Positions 38,829 to 47,138 of a stretch of 54,358 nucleotides of DNA are shown here, one piece after another (position 1 is the first letter of the stretch; every line of letters begins with the position of its first letter). Source of the stretch: a virus (lineage: Duplodnaviria > Caudoviricetes); the IMG/VR virus record IMGVR_UViG_3300046703_000036, positions 1 to 54,358 of that record, one strand, 5' to 3'. Below the pieces are notes generated by a model. The model did not search any database. It saw only the letters and a list, made by a program, of their open reading frames with translations, and had not been told where the DNA came from. The position numbers were made by a program, and so were the translations under genes.

Positions 38829-39836
38829 ATGGCGATATGGTTGGGGGTCGGAGGCGGTGCGTGGAGCGTCAACGAAGCAAACTGCAAGGCTCTTTTTGAC
38901 TTAGGCGCGAGAGACGTTCAAGCGGTCATGCCCGATTTAAACGTGCATGCGGCCGAACTCGCAGCTATTAAAAAATTTGGTATGACGGCGACATCAGATA
39001 TTGAGGTTCCCTTATGGGTTAATACGGGAATGAACCCGAACGTCGACATCTCATGGGCAAAGCCGCAACTTCAAGCACAAAAGAACGCGGGTTGGCAGTA
39101 CTTCTCAAGTGAGGGTTTGGGGCGGGGCCAAGTCGATGTAATACGCTCGGTCGCTCCTTTTTTGAACTATGGTTCCGAGAACGGGGCCAATATGTACGCG
39201 GGACAATATAATCACGCGACCGACTCGCACTATGCGAACCTTTTGGAATCTTATCACAAGTGGGCGATCAATGACTATTACGCGAGCGCAGCGATCGCCA
39301 AACAGAACTCGCCGAGGTTTGGAATCACGCTCATGATGTATGCGGCCGACCTCGAGACGGACATCAATGCACTCTTAAACTATATCGACAAAGTTGGGAA
39401 CGTTCAAGAGGTCTTATTATGGTGCGGGCTCAATGACACGGTCATGAAGGTCTTTAGCTCTCCATGGATAGACATAGTCAAAGCAATTAAAGCAAAATAC
39501 GGATTCAGAACCGACACTCCTTGGGCGGCTGTTACACCTCCGCCTCCGCCTCCGCCGCCTCCACAAGACGTCATTCTCAAAGCCGATGCTTATACGTTTG
39601 TTAGAGGAACGAACTCGGCCGTATATGTTAAAGGGCTGGTCAATGGTAAATGGACGCCCGCTTGGACAAGCATCGGCGGAATTGCGACGGGCGCTCCTCA
39701 GCAAACAAAAGCACCCGACGGAACGGTCTTTGTCTTTGTCCGAGGAAGCGACGGGGCTCAATGGTATAAGTCAGTTGACCCGACGACCGGGAAGTTCTCG
39801 GCGTGGGCGACCTTGAGCGGATTATTAGCACCCTAA
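38829..39836 (+). CDS. Putative glycosidase-like protein with poly-Pro linker and PLL-type lectin repeats
   Basis: Paralog of the 26509 N-domain (GW....EG.G, NYG, ESY/ETY, WCG); two FVRG repeats. Confidence 0.65.
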   Translation: MAIWLGVGGGAWSVNEANCKALFDLGARDVQAVMPDLNVHAAELAAIKKFGMTATSDIEVPLWVNTGMNPNVDISWAKPQLQAQKNAGWQYFSSEGLGRGQVDVIRSVAPFLNYGSENGANMYAGQYNHATDSHYANLLESYHKWAINDYYASAAIAKQNSPRFGITLMMYAADLETDINALLNYIDKVGNVQEVLLWCGLNDTVMKVFSSPWIDIVKAIKAKYGFRTDTPWAAVTPPPPPPPPPQDVILKADAYTFVRGTNSAVYVKGLVNGKWTPAWTSIGGIATGAPQQTKAPDGTVFVFVRGSDGAQWYKSVDPTTGKFSAWATLSGLLAP

Positions 39837-39838
39837 AC

Positions 39839-40051
39839 ATGGCCTCAAGAACCGCGATAAAGTGTCGCAGTTGCGGGAAGCCGATCCTATTACTCCAAAA
39901 CTTAACGTTTGTCGACGAAGGAACGGTGAGAATCCTTTGTCCCTTTTGTCAGCACCCGCAAGACCTCGAGTCACGCGACCCAAGCAACCCGGGCCTTGAT
40001 GCCTTAATACGGGATAAGATGGTCAGAGACATCGATGAGAGGACAATATGA
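39839..40051 (+). CDS. Zinc-ribbon protein
   Basis: CRSC...CPFC. Confidence 0.6.
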   Translation: MASRTAIKCRSCGKPILLLQNLTFVDEGTVRILCPFCQHPQDLESRDPSNPGLDALIRDKMVRDIDERTI

Positions 40052-40290
40052 CACAGCCGGAGATATATCATGCTCTACGAAGTGCGGATCGACCGTTGAC
40101 TGCTCAGCAAATCGCGATAACATACGGGCATGAGATCACAAAGGTTCAAGACCAGCTCCGGCGACTCTTAAAAAAAGGTTGCATAGAGCGACGAGAGTCT
40201 TATAATCGAACCCGAACTTATGTTTATTGGATAAAGGAGGAGGTGAACACACATGGCAAACGTAAAGCCACAAGCGAAATTAGACAATAG
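40048..40290 (+). CDS. Winged helix-turn-helix protein
   Basis: PLTAQQIA...VQDQLRRLLKKGCIER...YVYW. Confidence 0.75.
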   Translation: MTQPEIYHALRSADRPLTAQQIAITYGHEITKVQDQLRRLLKKGCIERRESYNRTRTYVYWIKEEVNTHGKRKATSEIRQ

Positions 40291-40747
40291 GCGACGCGAG
40301 TTCTATACGCGCATGTCTCAAGGAGAAGACCTATGCGACGTCGTCCGGTCTATATCGGCGAAGTACGGAGTCACCGACAACCGACTCTATCACGATTGGA
40401 AAGACCGGGGGACTTGGGGCGACTATGTCCTTATCGAATTCGAGGAGGAATTCATAGTTCAAGACTACCTCCAAGAGATTCGCGAGATCGAGAAGACCCT
40501 TTGGGAAATAGCGCTCAACTCTCCCGACGATAAGTCCCGCATTGCAGCACTCGCACAACTCAAGGATATTAAGTTTAAGCGGCTTACAGCGAACCAAGAA
40601 CTCGGACGCATACACAAAGAGCCGGTCAAGATACAGATACAAGAACACATCGACCGGATATATTCGACGATACAAGAGGTCGCGGGGGACGACAAGGTTC
40701 TCCAAGGCCGTATAATAGACAAGATGTTGTATGAGCGTGGCAATTAA
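40253..40747 (+). CDS. Putative terminase small subunit
   Basis: N-terminal HTH (ISAKYGVTDNRLYHDW) and RIAAL helix; directly upstream of the terminase ATPase. Confidence 0.7.
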   Translation: MANVKPQAKLDNRRREFYTRMSQGEDLCDVVRSISAKYGVTDNRLYHDWKDRGTWGDYVLIEFEEEFIVQDYLQEIREIEKTLWEIALNSPDDKSRIAALAQLKDIKFKRLTANQELGRIHKEPVKIQIQEHIDRIYSTIQEVAGDDKVLQGRIIDKMLYERGN

Positions 40748-41567
40748 AGATATAGGGGCAATACCTCCACAAACGCCGAGGATAGACAACCCGACTCTCG
40801 AGGACTTAGTCGCACTAAGCAAGAGTCCGGTTCACTTCGCCCGGGCGGTCGGGTTCCCGAACTTAGACCCGTGGCAAGAGGAAGTCCTCAACTCTGACAG
40901 CAACCGCGTGATCTTGAATTGTTGCCGACAATCGGGCAAGAGTGCAATGGCTTCGATTATCGCTATCACGCATGCACTCTACACGCCCGGGTCAATGGTA
41001 ATAATAATCTCGCACACGTTACAGCAAGCGGGCGAGACATTCCGCAAGGTTCACGACTACTATAAACGAGTCGCCCGCCCGGTGATAAGTATAACGGAGT
41101 CCGTTCACCGATTAGAACTATCGAACGGGTCTCGGGTGGTCACACTTACGGGCAAGGCTCCCGACTCTATTCGAGGGTTCTCAAACGTCTCTCTCCTTAT
41201 CGTCGACGAGGCTTCGCAAGTCCCCGACGAGTCCTATCACGCCGCGAGACCAATGCTCGCCGTCAGCGAGGGCCGGATCATCTTGCTATCGACCCCTCAC
41301 GGGAAGCAAGGCTTTTTCTATGACACGTGGGCGAATAAGGAAGGCTGGCTCAAGATCGAGATTAACGCCGACCAAGTCCCGAGGTTCACAAAAGCGTTTA
41401 TTTGGGATGAGAAGATGACTATGGTCGGTTGGTTCTTTAGGCAAGAATATTACAACGAATTCGCCGAAGGCATAACAAGCGTCTTTAGAGCAGAGGATAT
41501 TAAGGCGGCTCTCAATCATCCCGAGCTTAAAGTGTTAGATATAGACATGAGTCTTGATGACCTATGA
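40731..41567 (+). CDS. terL: Terminase large subunit, ATPase domain only
   Basis: Q motif (DPWQ), Walker A CRQSGKS, Walker B LLIVDEA, coupling motif LSTP, RQEY. Confidence 0.92.
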   Translation: MSVAIKDIGAIPPQTPRIDNPTLEDLVALSKSPVHFARAVGFPNLDPWQEEVLNSDSNRVILNCCRQSGKSAMASIIAITHALYTPGSMVIIISHTLQQAGETFRKVHDYYKRVARPVISITESVHRLELSNGSRVVTLTGKAPDSIRGFSNVSLLIVDEASQVPDESYHAARPMLAVSEGRIILLSTPHGKQGFFYDTWANKEGWLKIEINADQVPRFTKAFIWDEKMTMVGWFFRQEYYNEFAEGITSVFRAEDIKAALNHPELKVLDIDMSLDDL

Positions 41568-41728
41568 TAAATCAATCAAATCAATCCGTCAAAAATTGTA
41601 TAACATGCGGGAATCTCCGACTCCTTGATGAGTCTTATATATGCATGGCAGGGGAGGAACGCCCCGAATTAAAAGACATGCTCGGCGAGTGTCCGCAATG
41701 GAAGCCGTTTAGAGGGGACGCTTCTTAA
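41564..41728 (+). CDS. 54-aa Cys-rich protein between the terminase halves (not in ORF track)
   Basis: ATGA overlap upstream and TAATG overlap downstream; CITC...C...C. Confidence 0.65.
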   Translation: MINQSNQSVKNCITCGNLRLLDESYICMAGEERPELKDMLGECPQWKPFRGDAS

Positions 41729-42495
41729 TGCCGAGATTGTCTTGGATGCCGGGCGATCCGTTTGACGTCGAGGCGCTCTATGACGACCTTGACGCTCCTA
41801 GGAAAAAGGCCCGGGACGACGAACTCATGGAGAAGTCGACCGAATGGAGGACGACCGAATACGGGAACTATAACAAAAGCATCTTTGTCGGCGTTGACCT
41901 TGGCAAAAAGTCCGACTATACGGCGATCGTCTTCTTGTGTCCCTTCTTACCGATCAATCCCGAGGAAGATCAAACCCGGTTCGTTTATCATATTTCAAAG
42001 ATCGACCGGCTCCCGCTCGAGACCCCTTATCCTATTGTCGCGAGGCTGCTCCGCAAGATCAATAAGCAGCTCCTCAAACATCCGCACGTCAATTATGTTT
42101 ACTACGTCATAGATGAGGGGGGCGTCGGAACGGCCGTCGCCGATCAGGTTATCGAGCTTATTCCAAGCGCCGACATTTATCGCGTTACACTTACCGGGGG
42201 GCTCCGTCCTAAATGGCAAGACCAAAGGAACGTCAGTCTCCCAAAGCCACAAATGGCGTCGACATTGATCGCGTTGTTTGAGTCGCGGCGCTTATGGGTA
42301 GCTCCCGACTTAAAAAATACAGTCGACGAACTAGAGAGGGAACTCATGACATACGAGAGGAAGATCACAGCGGCCGGACACGATCAGTTCGGCGCTATGA
42401 AAATTGGCGAGCATGACGATATTGCTTCGGCAATCGGACTCGCTGCTTGGATTGCGGAGGACTTACAAGGCGGGAGTGTCCCGCTTATATGGTGA
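41728..42495 (+). CDS. terL: Terminase large subunit, RNase H-like nuclease domain only
   Basis: FVGVDLGKKSDYTAI, IDEGGVG and HDDIASA motifs. Confidence 0.9.
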   Translation: MPRLSWMPGDPFDVEALYDDLDAPRKKARDDELMEKSTEWRTTEYGNYNKSIFVGVDLGKKSDYTAIVFLCPFLPINPEEDQTRFVYHISKIDRLPLETPYPIVARLLRKINKQLLKHPHVNYVYYVIDEGGVGTAVADQVIELIPSADIYRVTLTGGLRPKWQDQRNVSLPKPQMASTLIALFESRRLWVAPDLKNTVDELERELMTYERKITAAGHDQFGAMKIGEHDDIASAIGLAAWIAEDLQGGSVPLIW

Positions 42496-42504
42496 GGTGA
42501 TAGC

Positions 42505-42666
42505 ATACAACAAAAAACAAAATGGCGGTTTGAGGTCGTAAATATCCCGCCTAAAAAGGTCGAAGTTCCCAAGGACGAACAACATATAAAGGAATTCTCC
42601 AAACAAATGAGGGAGCTTCGCGAGTGGAATAGACGACTTAAAGAATCAAGGAGGAGAAGATTATAG
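42505..42666 (+). CDS. Small basic protein with probable ATA start
   Basis: GAGGTGA SD followed by TAGC-ATA; in-frame TGA at 42493; no canonical start near the SD. Confidence 0.45.
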   Translation: MQQKTKWRFEVVNIPPKKVEVPKDEQHIKEFSKQMRELREWNRRLKESRRRRL

Positions 42667-43514
42667 AACGAAAAGGTTTAGGGTGGAGGAAGCAACTTCC
42701 CGACCCAAAAGATTATAAATTTACGGCAAGGCCCGAACAACTCGCGGCTATCCCGACGAGTGCGGATCTAAGGGCGGGCGGTTCCCCAATAAAAGACCAA
42801 GGCCCGACGTCCTCATGCACCGGGCAAGCGGCGGCGTCTCTGTTTGAGTGGCATCAAAAGGCTAAGCACGGGAGCTTCACTCCGGCGTCGGTGCGTTTTA
42901 TTTACAAAGAGAGCCGGGATCTCGAGGGCATCACGGGCGACGAAGGGTCAACGCTGAGAGCGACAGCCAAGGTCATGGCCGATGAGGGGGTTGCTCCGAG
43001 TGCTTTATTCCCTTGGAATCCGAGCCGAATAGACGAGGAGCCGAACGCCGACGTCAAAGCAGCGGCCATGAAGCAGCAAGTCACGAATTATTATGGCGTC
43101 AACGGATTGACCGACCTCAAGGCGGCTCTCGGAGTCGTGCAAATGCCCGTCATGATCGGGTTCACGTGCTTCTATAATCCGAACGACGACAACGCTCCGT
43201 CCGTATTTAATCCCGGCCCCGGAGGTTTGATTCCAATTCCAAACCTCACGACCGACAAGGTTGCGGGAGGTCACGCCGTCGAGGCATGCGGCTTTAACGA
43301 CGCCGGGGCCTATGTAACAATCAAGAACTCTTGGGGCGAGACATGGGGGGAAAACGGTTACGGAAGGCTCCCCTATTGGTATTGGAATAAGGAACTTGTC
43401 GACGATTGTCAGCTCATAGCCGAGGAGGAAGACTTGAATCCGCCGCTCCCGCCGACTCCCGATCCGACTCCTAAGACATTATGTCAAAAGATTAAGGAGT
43501 GGCTAACAGCATGA
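42660..43514 (+). CDS. Papain-like cysteine peptidase (C1A family); probable ATT/ATA start
   Basis: GW...LPD.KD and DQGPTSSC (catalytic Cys) lie upstream of the first GTG (42891); GGHAV (His), KNSWG (Asn). Confidence 0.88.
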   Translation: MIERKGLGWRKQLPDPKDYKFTARPEQLAAIPTSADLRAGGSPIKDQGPTSSCTGQAAASLFEWHQKAKHGSFTPASVRFIYKESRDLEGITGDEGSTLRATAKVMADEGVAPSALFPWNPSRIDEEPNADVKAAAMKQQVTNYYGVNGLTDLKAALGVVQMPVMIGFTCFYNPNDDNAPSVFNPGPGGLIPIPNLTTDKVAGGHAVEACGFNDAGAYVTIKNSWGETWGENGYGRLPYWYWNKELVDDCQLIAEEEDLNPPLPPTPDPTPKTLCQKIKEWLTA

Positions 43515-43648
43515 GCAAATCGATCACCATATCGGACGCGACTTATACGCTGATTAAACAACTGAAGTACCAAGCGACCAGAGCACAAGACAAGACCGTA
43601 ACGTTCGGTCAAGTCGTCGATTGTTTAATTGAACTCGCGAGAAAATGA
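43511..43648 (+). CDS. Archaeal-type RHH/VapB-like protein (not in ORF track)
   Basis: MSKSITISDATYTLIK...TFGQVVDCLI; ATGA coupling at both ends. Confidence 0.7.
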   Translation: MSKSITISDATYTLIKQLKYQATRAQDKTVTFGQVVDCLIELARK

Positions 43649-44442
43649 TCGACAACGAGACCGCCGAGGGGATCAACTTCTCGGCGCTTTGGCTCAGTGA
43701 TCGCGAGTTATATAAGCAGATACTTAGGGACAACGCGGCGGCATATTTTAAGACTCCCGAGGAGCCCGCTCTATTGGAGGCGATTGATCGTCTTATCGAC
43801 GACCTCTCCAAGGACGGGCCTCCCGAGTATGTCATAGCCGACGTCGTCATTGACGGCGGGCCGGGTTCAATCAATAACCTCCTCTGTTCAGATTGTCCCG
43901 CGACGTGTTGTCTTGAGAGCAACTATATCAGCGTCGGGAACGGCGACCTTCGGGCAATAGCTAAGTATCTCGGCATGCCGTGGAAAAAGTGTGCGAAAAA
44001 GCATTTAAGGCCGACGTCCGGGGAGTTCCGTGAGTGGTTCTATGAGAAGACCAAAGGCAAACCCGAGCCTTGGATTCTAAGGAACGTCGACCCTTGTGAG
44101 TTCTTAGTCGACGGGCGTTGTCAAATATACCCGGTTCGGCCGAACGGCTGTCGATGGTACCCGCTTATATGGAAAAAGCCCGACGGCTATGGCGTGGAGA
44201 TACATCAGGTTTGTCGCTATCCACTCAACATAATAATCTCCGAGATCGTCGGTCAATTCGAGCCGAAGCATTGGAAAGATCCGCAACCTTGGATGCACTT
44301 CATAAGGAAGCGGGCCGCATATACCTTTGAGACAGAGGGCAAGAAGCCCGGCTTAACACAAGAGGAACGAATCGAGTGCTATAAGAAGGGGAACGAGTCT
44401 ATATGGAGGAGGGTTACGAATGAGAGAAGATATGACAAATAG
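43645..44442 (+). CDS. YkgJ-like cysteine-cluster protein
   Basis: CSDCPATCC and PCEFL...CQIYPVRPNGCRWYP. Confidence 0.85.
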   Translation: MIDNETAEGINFSALWLSDRELYKQILRDNAAAYFKTPEEPALLEAIDRLIDDLSKDGPPEYVIADVVIDGGPGSINNLLCSDCPATCCLESNYISVGNGDLRAIAKYLGMPWKKCAKKHLRPTSGEFREWFYEKTKGKPEPWILRNVDPCEFLVDGRCQIYPVRPNGCRWYPLIWKKPDGYGVEIHQVCRYPLNIIISEIVGQFEPKHWKDPQPWMHFIRKRAAYTFETEGKKPGLTQEERIECYKKGNESIWRRVTNERRYDK

Positions 44443-44575
44443 GATCTCTGAGGAATGGGGCGACCCTAAAGAGGAGCAGGAAGGCTCGAAAGTAGCGATT
44501 GTTCTCTTGTCATTTGCGTTTATTGTCGGCATTCTATTCGACCATTATTTTATAATTGGTTATTTACACTTATAG
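44432..44575 (+). CDS. Small membrane protein (not in ORF track)
   Basis: 47 aa; hydrophobic C-terminal half. Confidence 0.5.
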   Translation: MTNRISEEWGDPKEEQEGSKVAIVLLSFAFIVGILFDHYFIIGYLHL

Positions 44576-44741
44576 GGAGGTGAGCGTGTTAGTCGAATCA
44601 AGCCGAATAAGCGAGATTGTCATTTATGCAAGCACTTTATCACTCCCGCGTCATGCGAGATAGACAGGGAATGCGATGGCGTCGGGTGGTGCGAGAAGTT
44701 TGTTAACTACTACATTGAACGAATCTTAACCGGGGGATAGA

Positions 44742-45095
44742 GTGACCGAGTTTAAAGAGTGTCAAGAATGCTATGGAGTTTGTTGTACAGCATACTCTCT
44801 AACTCCACTTAGGACGGGCGAGGCCGCCCGTATAGCGGCATATCTCGACATGACAGAGGCGGACTTCCGTGAGCGTTACCTTTGGAAGCCTCGATACGTC
44901 GCAAACGACCGGGAGATGGAAGCAATAACTCCCGCAAATCCATGTCCTTTTTGGCAAATGGGGCAATGTGCTATCCATGAAGTCAAACCCGAGACGTGTG
45001 CGAATTACGGGCCGGGGGATAAGACTCTCGAGGAATGCGCGGAATATCACAAATATCGGATGAGGCATGACGAAACGGGACGATCGACGGCATAA
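44742..45095 (+). CDS. YkgJ-like cysteine-cluster protein (second copy)
   Basis: CQECYGVCC and PCPF...CAIHEVKPETCANY. Confidence 0.85.
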   Translation: MTEFKECQECYGVCCTAYSLTPLRTGEAARIAAYLDMTEADFRERYLWKPRYVANDREMEAITPANPCPFWQMGQCAIHEVKPETCANYGPGDKTLEECAEYHKYRMRHDETGRSTA

Positions 45096-45909
45096 GTTCG
45101 CGATAGCAATGGCTGCTCATAGGAAGCTATGGGCGAGGATCGCGTTTAATCAACTTAGCAAGGCGGCCAAGTTTGATAAAGCACACGTCCGACAGATCAT
45201 GCGGGCAACCTCCGACTCTGAGGCCGCTTTAAAACATATCAAAACTTACTTTGAAGGCCCGTCCCGCGTCTATTGGGCGAGTGTATTAAGAACCGTATGG
45301 AAAACAACAGGAAAAGAGGCGTCGCAAGTAGTCAATGACCTCATAACGGGCAAAGACTTTATGCGTTCGTTGACCGGAGTGACTCTCTATGGCCCGCAAC
45401 GCAAAGACGGGGCTTTGGAAGCAGCGTCCGCCGGGTCTTCTTGGGATCAAATCGTTGAGCAGAAAATCACCGCAAGAGCGAACAAGGTTAAAGGGGTAAC
45501 TGATACAACTTACGAACAAATCAAGAGAGTTATGCTCGCCGGGCATGACGAAGGCGCGACTCACTATGAGATAGGGCAACGGATCGAGGAGCATCTCGAC
45601 GAACTTTGGCCCGGGCGTGGAGAGGCAATCTCAAGGACAGAAGTAAACGGGGCAATGAATACGGCCATGCTCTCAGAAGCGCAACAAATCTCTCCAGAAT
45701 TAAACAAGGTTTGGTCTTGCACTATGTCTATAAACTCACGTCAATCTCACATGGACGCTGACGGGCAATCAGTCCCGCAAGGCGAACCGTTCAACATAGA
45801 CGGCGAGGACATGGAGGAACCGGGAGACGATTCAGCGAGTCCCGAGAACGTTATAAATTGTGAATGTACTATGTTTTTTGAACAGCCCGAGGAGGGTTCT
45901 AATGAATAA
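45067..45909 (+). CDS. Minor head protein, MuF/SPP1 gp7 family
   Basis: ISRTEV, KVW...RQSH..ADGQ and PGD....ENVINCEC motifs. Confidence 0.9.
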   Translation: MTKRDDRRHKFAIAMAAHRKLWARIAFNQLSKAAKFDKAHVRQIMRATSDSEAALKHIKTYFEGPSRVYWASVLRTVWKTTGKEASQVVNDLITGKDFMRSLTGVTLYGPQRKDGALEAASAGSSWDQIVEQKITARANKVKGVTDTTYEQIKRVMLAGHDEGATHYEIGQRIEEHLDELWPGRGEAISRTEVNGAMNTAMLSEAQQISPELNKVWSCTMSINSRQSHMDADGQSVPQGEPFNIDGEDMEEPGDDSASPENVINCECTMFFEQPEEGSNE

Positions 45910-46129
45910 AACCGAGTGTAATTTCCCTAAAGACGAGTTTCAAATCATCATGCCGCAAGGCTGCGAGAAATGCAAAAAGCCTTTAGACGATTGTCGTTGC
46001 CCCGAATATCCCGCTATGGACGGGATTCATTGGTACGAGGGCGAATGGCTTTGCGAGGCTTGCTTGCATGAGATCGGCTGCAAAGAGTTCTTAGGTGACT
46101 TCTCCAAAAGAGGAGCGAGGAGAGAATGA
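45902..46129 (+). CDS. Small Cys-rich protein
   Basis: CEKC...CRC...CEAC. Confidence 0.55.
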   Translation: MNKTECNFPKDEFQIIMPQGCEKCKKPLDDCRCPEYPAMDGIHWYEGEWLCEACLHEIGCKEFLGDFSKRGARRE

Positions 46130-46269
46130 AAGACGGAGACAGAGGGGACGGTTCAGCGGACGGCCCGATCAAGTTCTTTAAGCCCGGCTATTGTCACTTT
46201 TGCGGCTGCGAGACGTTGATTGATATAGCGTCGAACCGTTGTGCGGACTGTCATAGGAGGAAAGAATGA
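46126..46269 (+). CDS. Small zinc-ribbon protein (not in ORF track)
   Basis: CHFC...CADC; ATGA coupling. Confidence 0.5.
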   Translation: MKDGDRGDGSADGPIKFFKPGYCHFCGCETLIDIASNRCADCHRRKE

Positions 46270-46472
46270 GTCGCAAAGAAGACGAATACGATGACGTGGT
46301 CAAATCTATGTCAAATCACTGGCGGCTTGACTTGCTCGAAGCTAAAGTCAAAAATCTCGAGAAGATGATCGAGAGTCATTGCGGGAATTGCGGGCCGCAA
46401 AGCAGGGCATTTAAGACCGTTCACGTCAGCTTTAAAGACGGCAAACCCGACCGAGAGATCCCTATTGAATAA
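46266..46472 (+). CDS. Hypothetical protein
   Basis: AGGAGG SD; 68 aa. Confidence 0.55.
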   Translation: MSRKEDEYDDVVKSMSNHWRLDLLEAKVKNLEKMIESHCGNCGPQSRAFKTVHVSFKDGKPDREIPIE

Positions 46473-46474
46473 TC

Positions 46475-46969
46475 ATGCCCGGGACATCTCCTTGGGAGAC
46501 GACCCTCGTCGGTCGTATCAACGACTATTTTAAAGACACGCAACAACCCGGGATAGCGTTCCGACTCAAGCAAAGCCACTTTTATACGCAATACGTCGAC
46601 GTCCTTGTCGATCACGGGAGCCGGGCGTTCTATCTCGCTATTGAGTGTAAGTCGATTGATCCCAAGAAGACCAAGAAGTTCTATTTTAGTTCATGGACGG
46701 TCGACAAGAAAGGAGTGCATCAAATAGACCGGATCTCTGAGTTCTTGGAGAAGGGACAACGCTTCGGAATCCTTGCAGCCGAGATACGACGCGGCCAAGG
46801 ACACACTAACGAGGTCTATCTCGCCCCTTGGCATCATGTTAAGTATGCTTATGACAACGGCGTCAAAGGGTTCTCTCCGAAGGATCTCGCCGAGAAATAT
46901 CCCCGACTGCTCAAGGATGAGGGCGTCCTTAATCTTGAGTATTGCTTGCATTGCCTTCGACAGTTTTGA
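46475..46969 (+). CDS. PD-(D/E)xK nuclease, Holliday-junction-resolvase (RecU/Hjc)-like
   Basis: VDVLVD...AIECKS catalytic motif and HQI; resembles a family I recall from Methanomicrobia (unverified). Confidence 0.75.
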   Translation: MPGTSPWETTLVGRINDYFKDTQQPGIAFRLKQSHFYTQYVDVLVDHGSRAFYLAIECKSIDPKKTKKFYFSSWTVDKKGVHQIDRISEFLEKGQRFGILAAEIRRGQGHTNEVYLAPWHHVKYAYDNGVKGFSPKDLAEKYPRLLKDEGVLNLEYCLHCLRQF

Positions 46970-47012
46970 TTGTCACCAACCTTTTTGAAGGATTGGGTAT
47001 ATAGTGGTAGCT

Positions 47013-47138
47013 ATGGAATCCATAACAAACATTCCAATAAATGTAGAGACCCGGGAACTTCTTAAGAAGCGTGGCTCCAAGGGGGATACTTACGACGCGA
47101 TCATCCGGGAACTTTTGGATAAGGTGAAAGAAGTATGA
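47013..47138 (+). CDS. Archaeal RHH/antitoxin-like regulator (not in ORF track)
   Basis: TNIPINVETRELLKKRGSKGDTYDAIIRELL; leaderless after AACCTTTTTGAAG; ATGA-coupled to ParB copy 2. Confidence 0.8.
   Translation: MESITNIPINVETRELLKKRGSKGDTYDAIIRELLDKVKEV

Noticed and set aside
41568-41727. Intron or intein interrupting the terminase
   Set aside because: A stop codon excludes an intein; 160 nt with no recognisable group I/II core; the gap is filled by a doubly coupled ORF.
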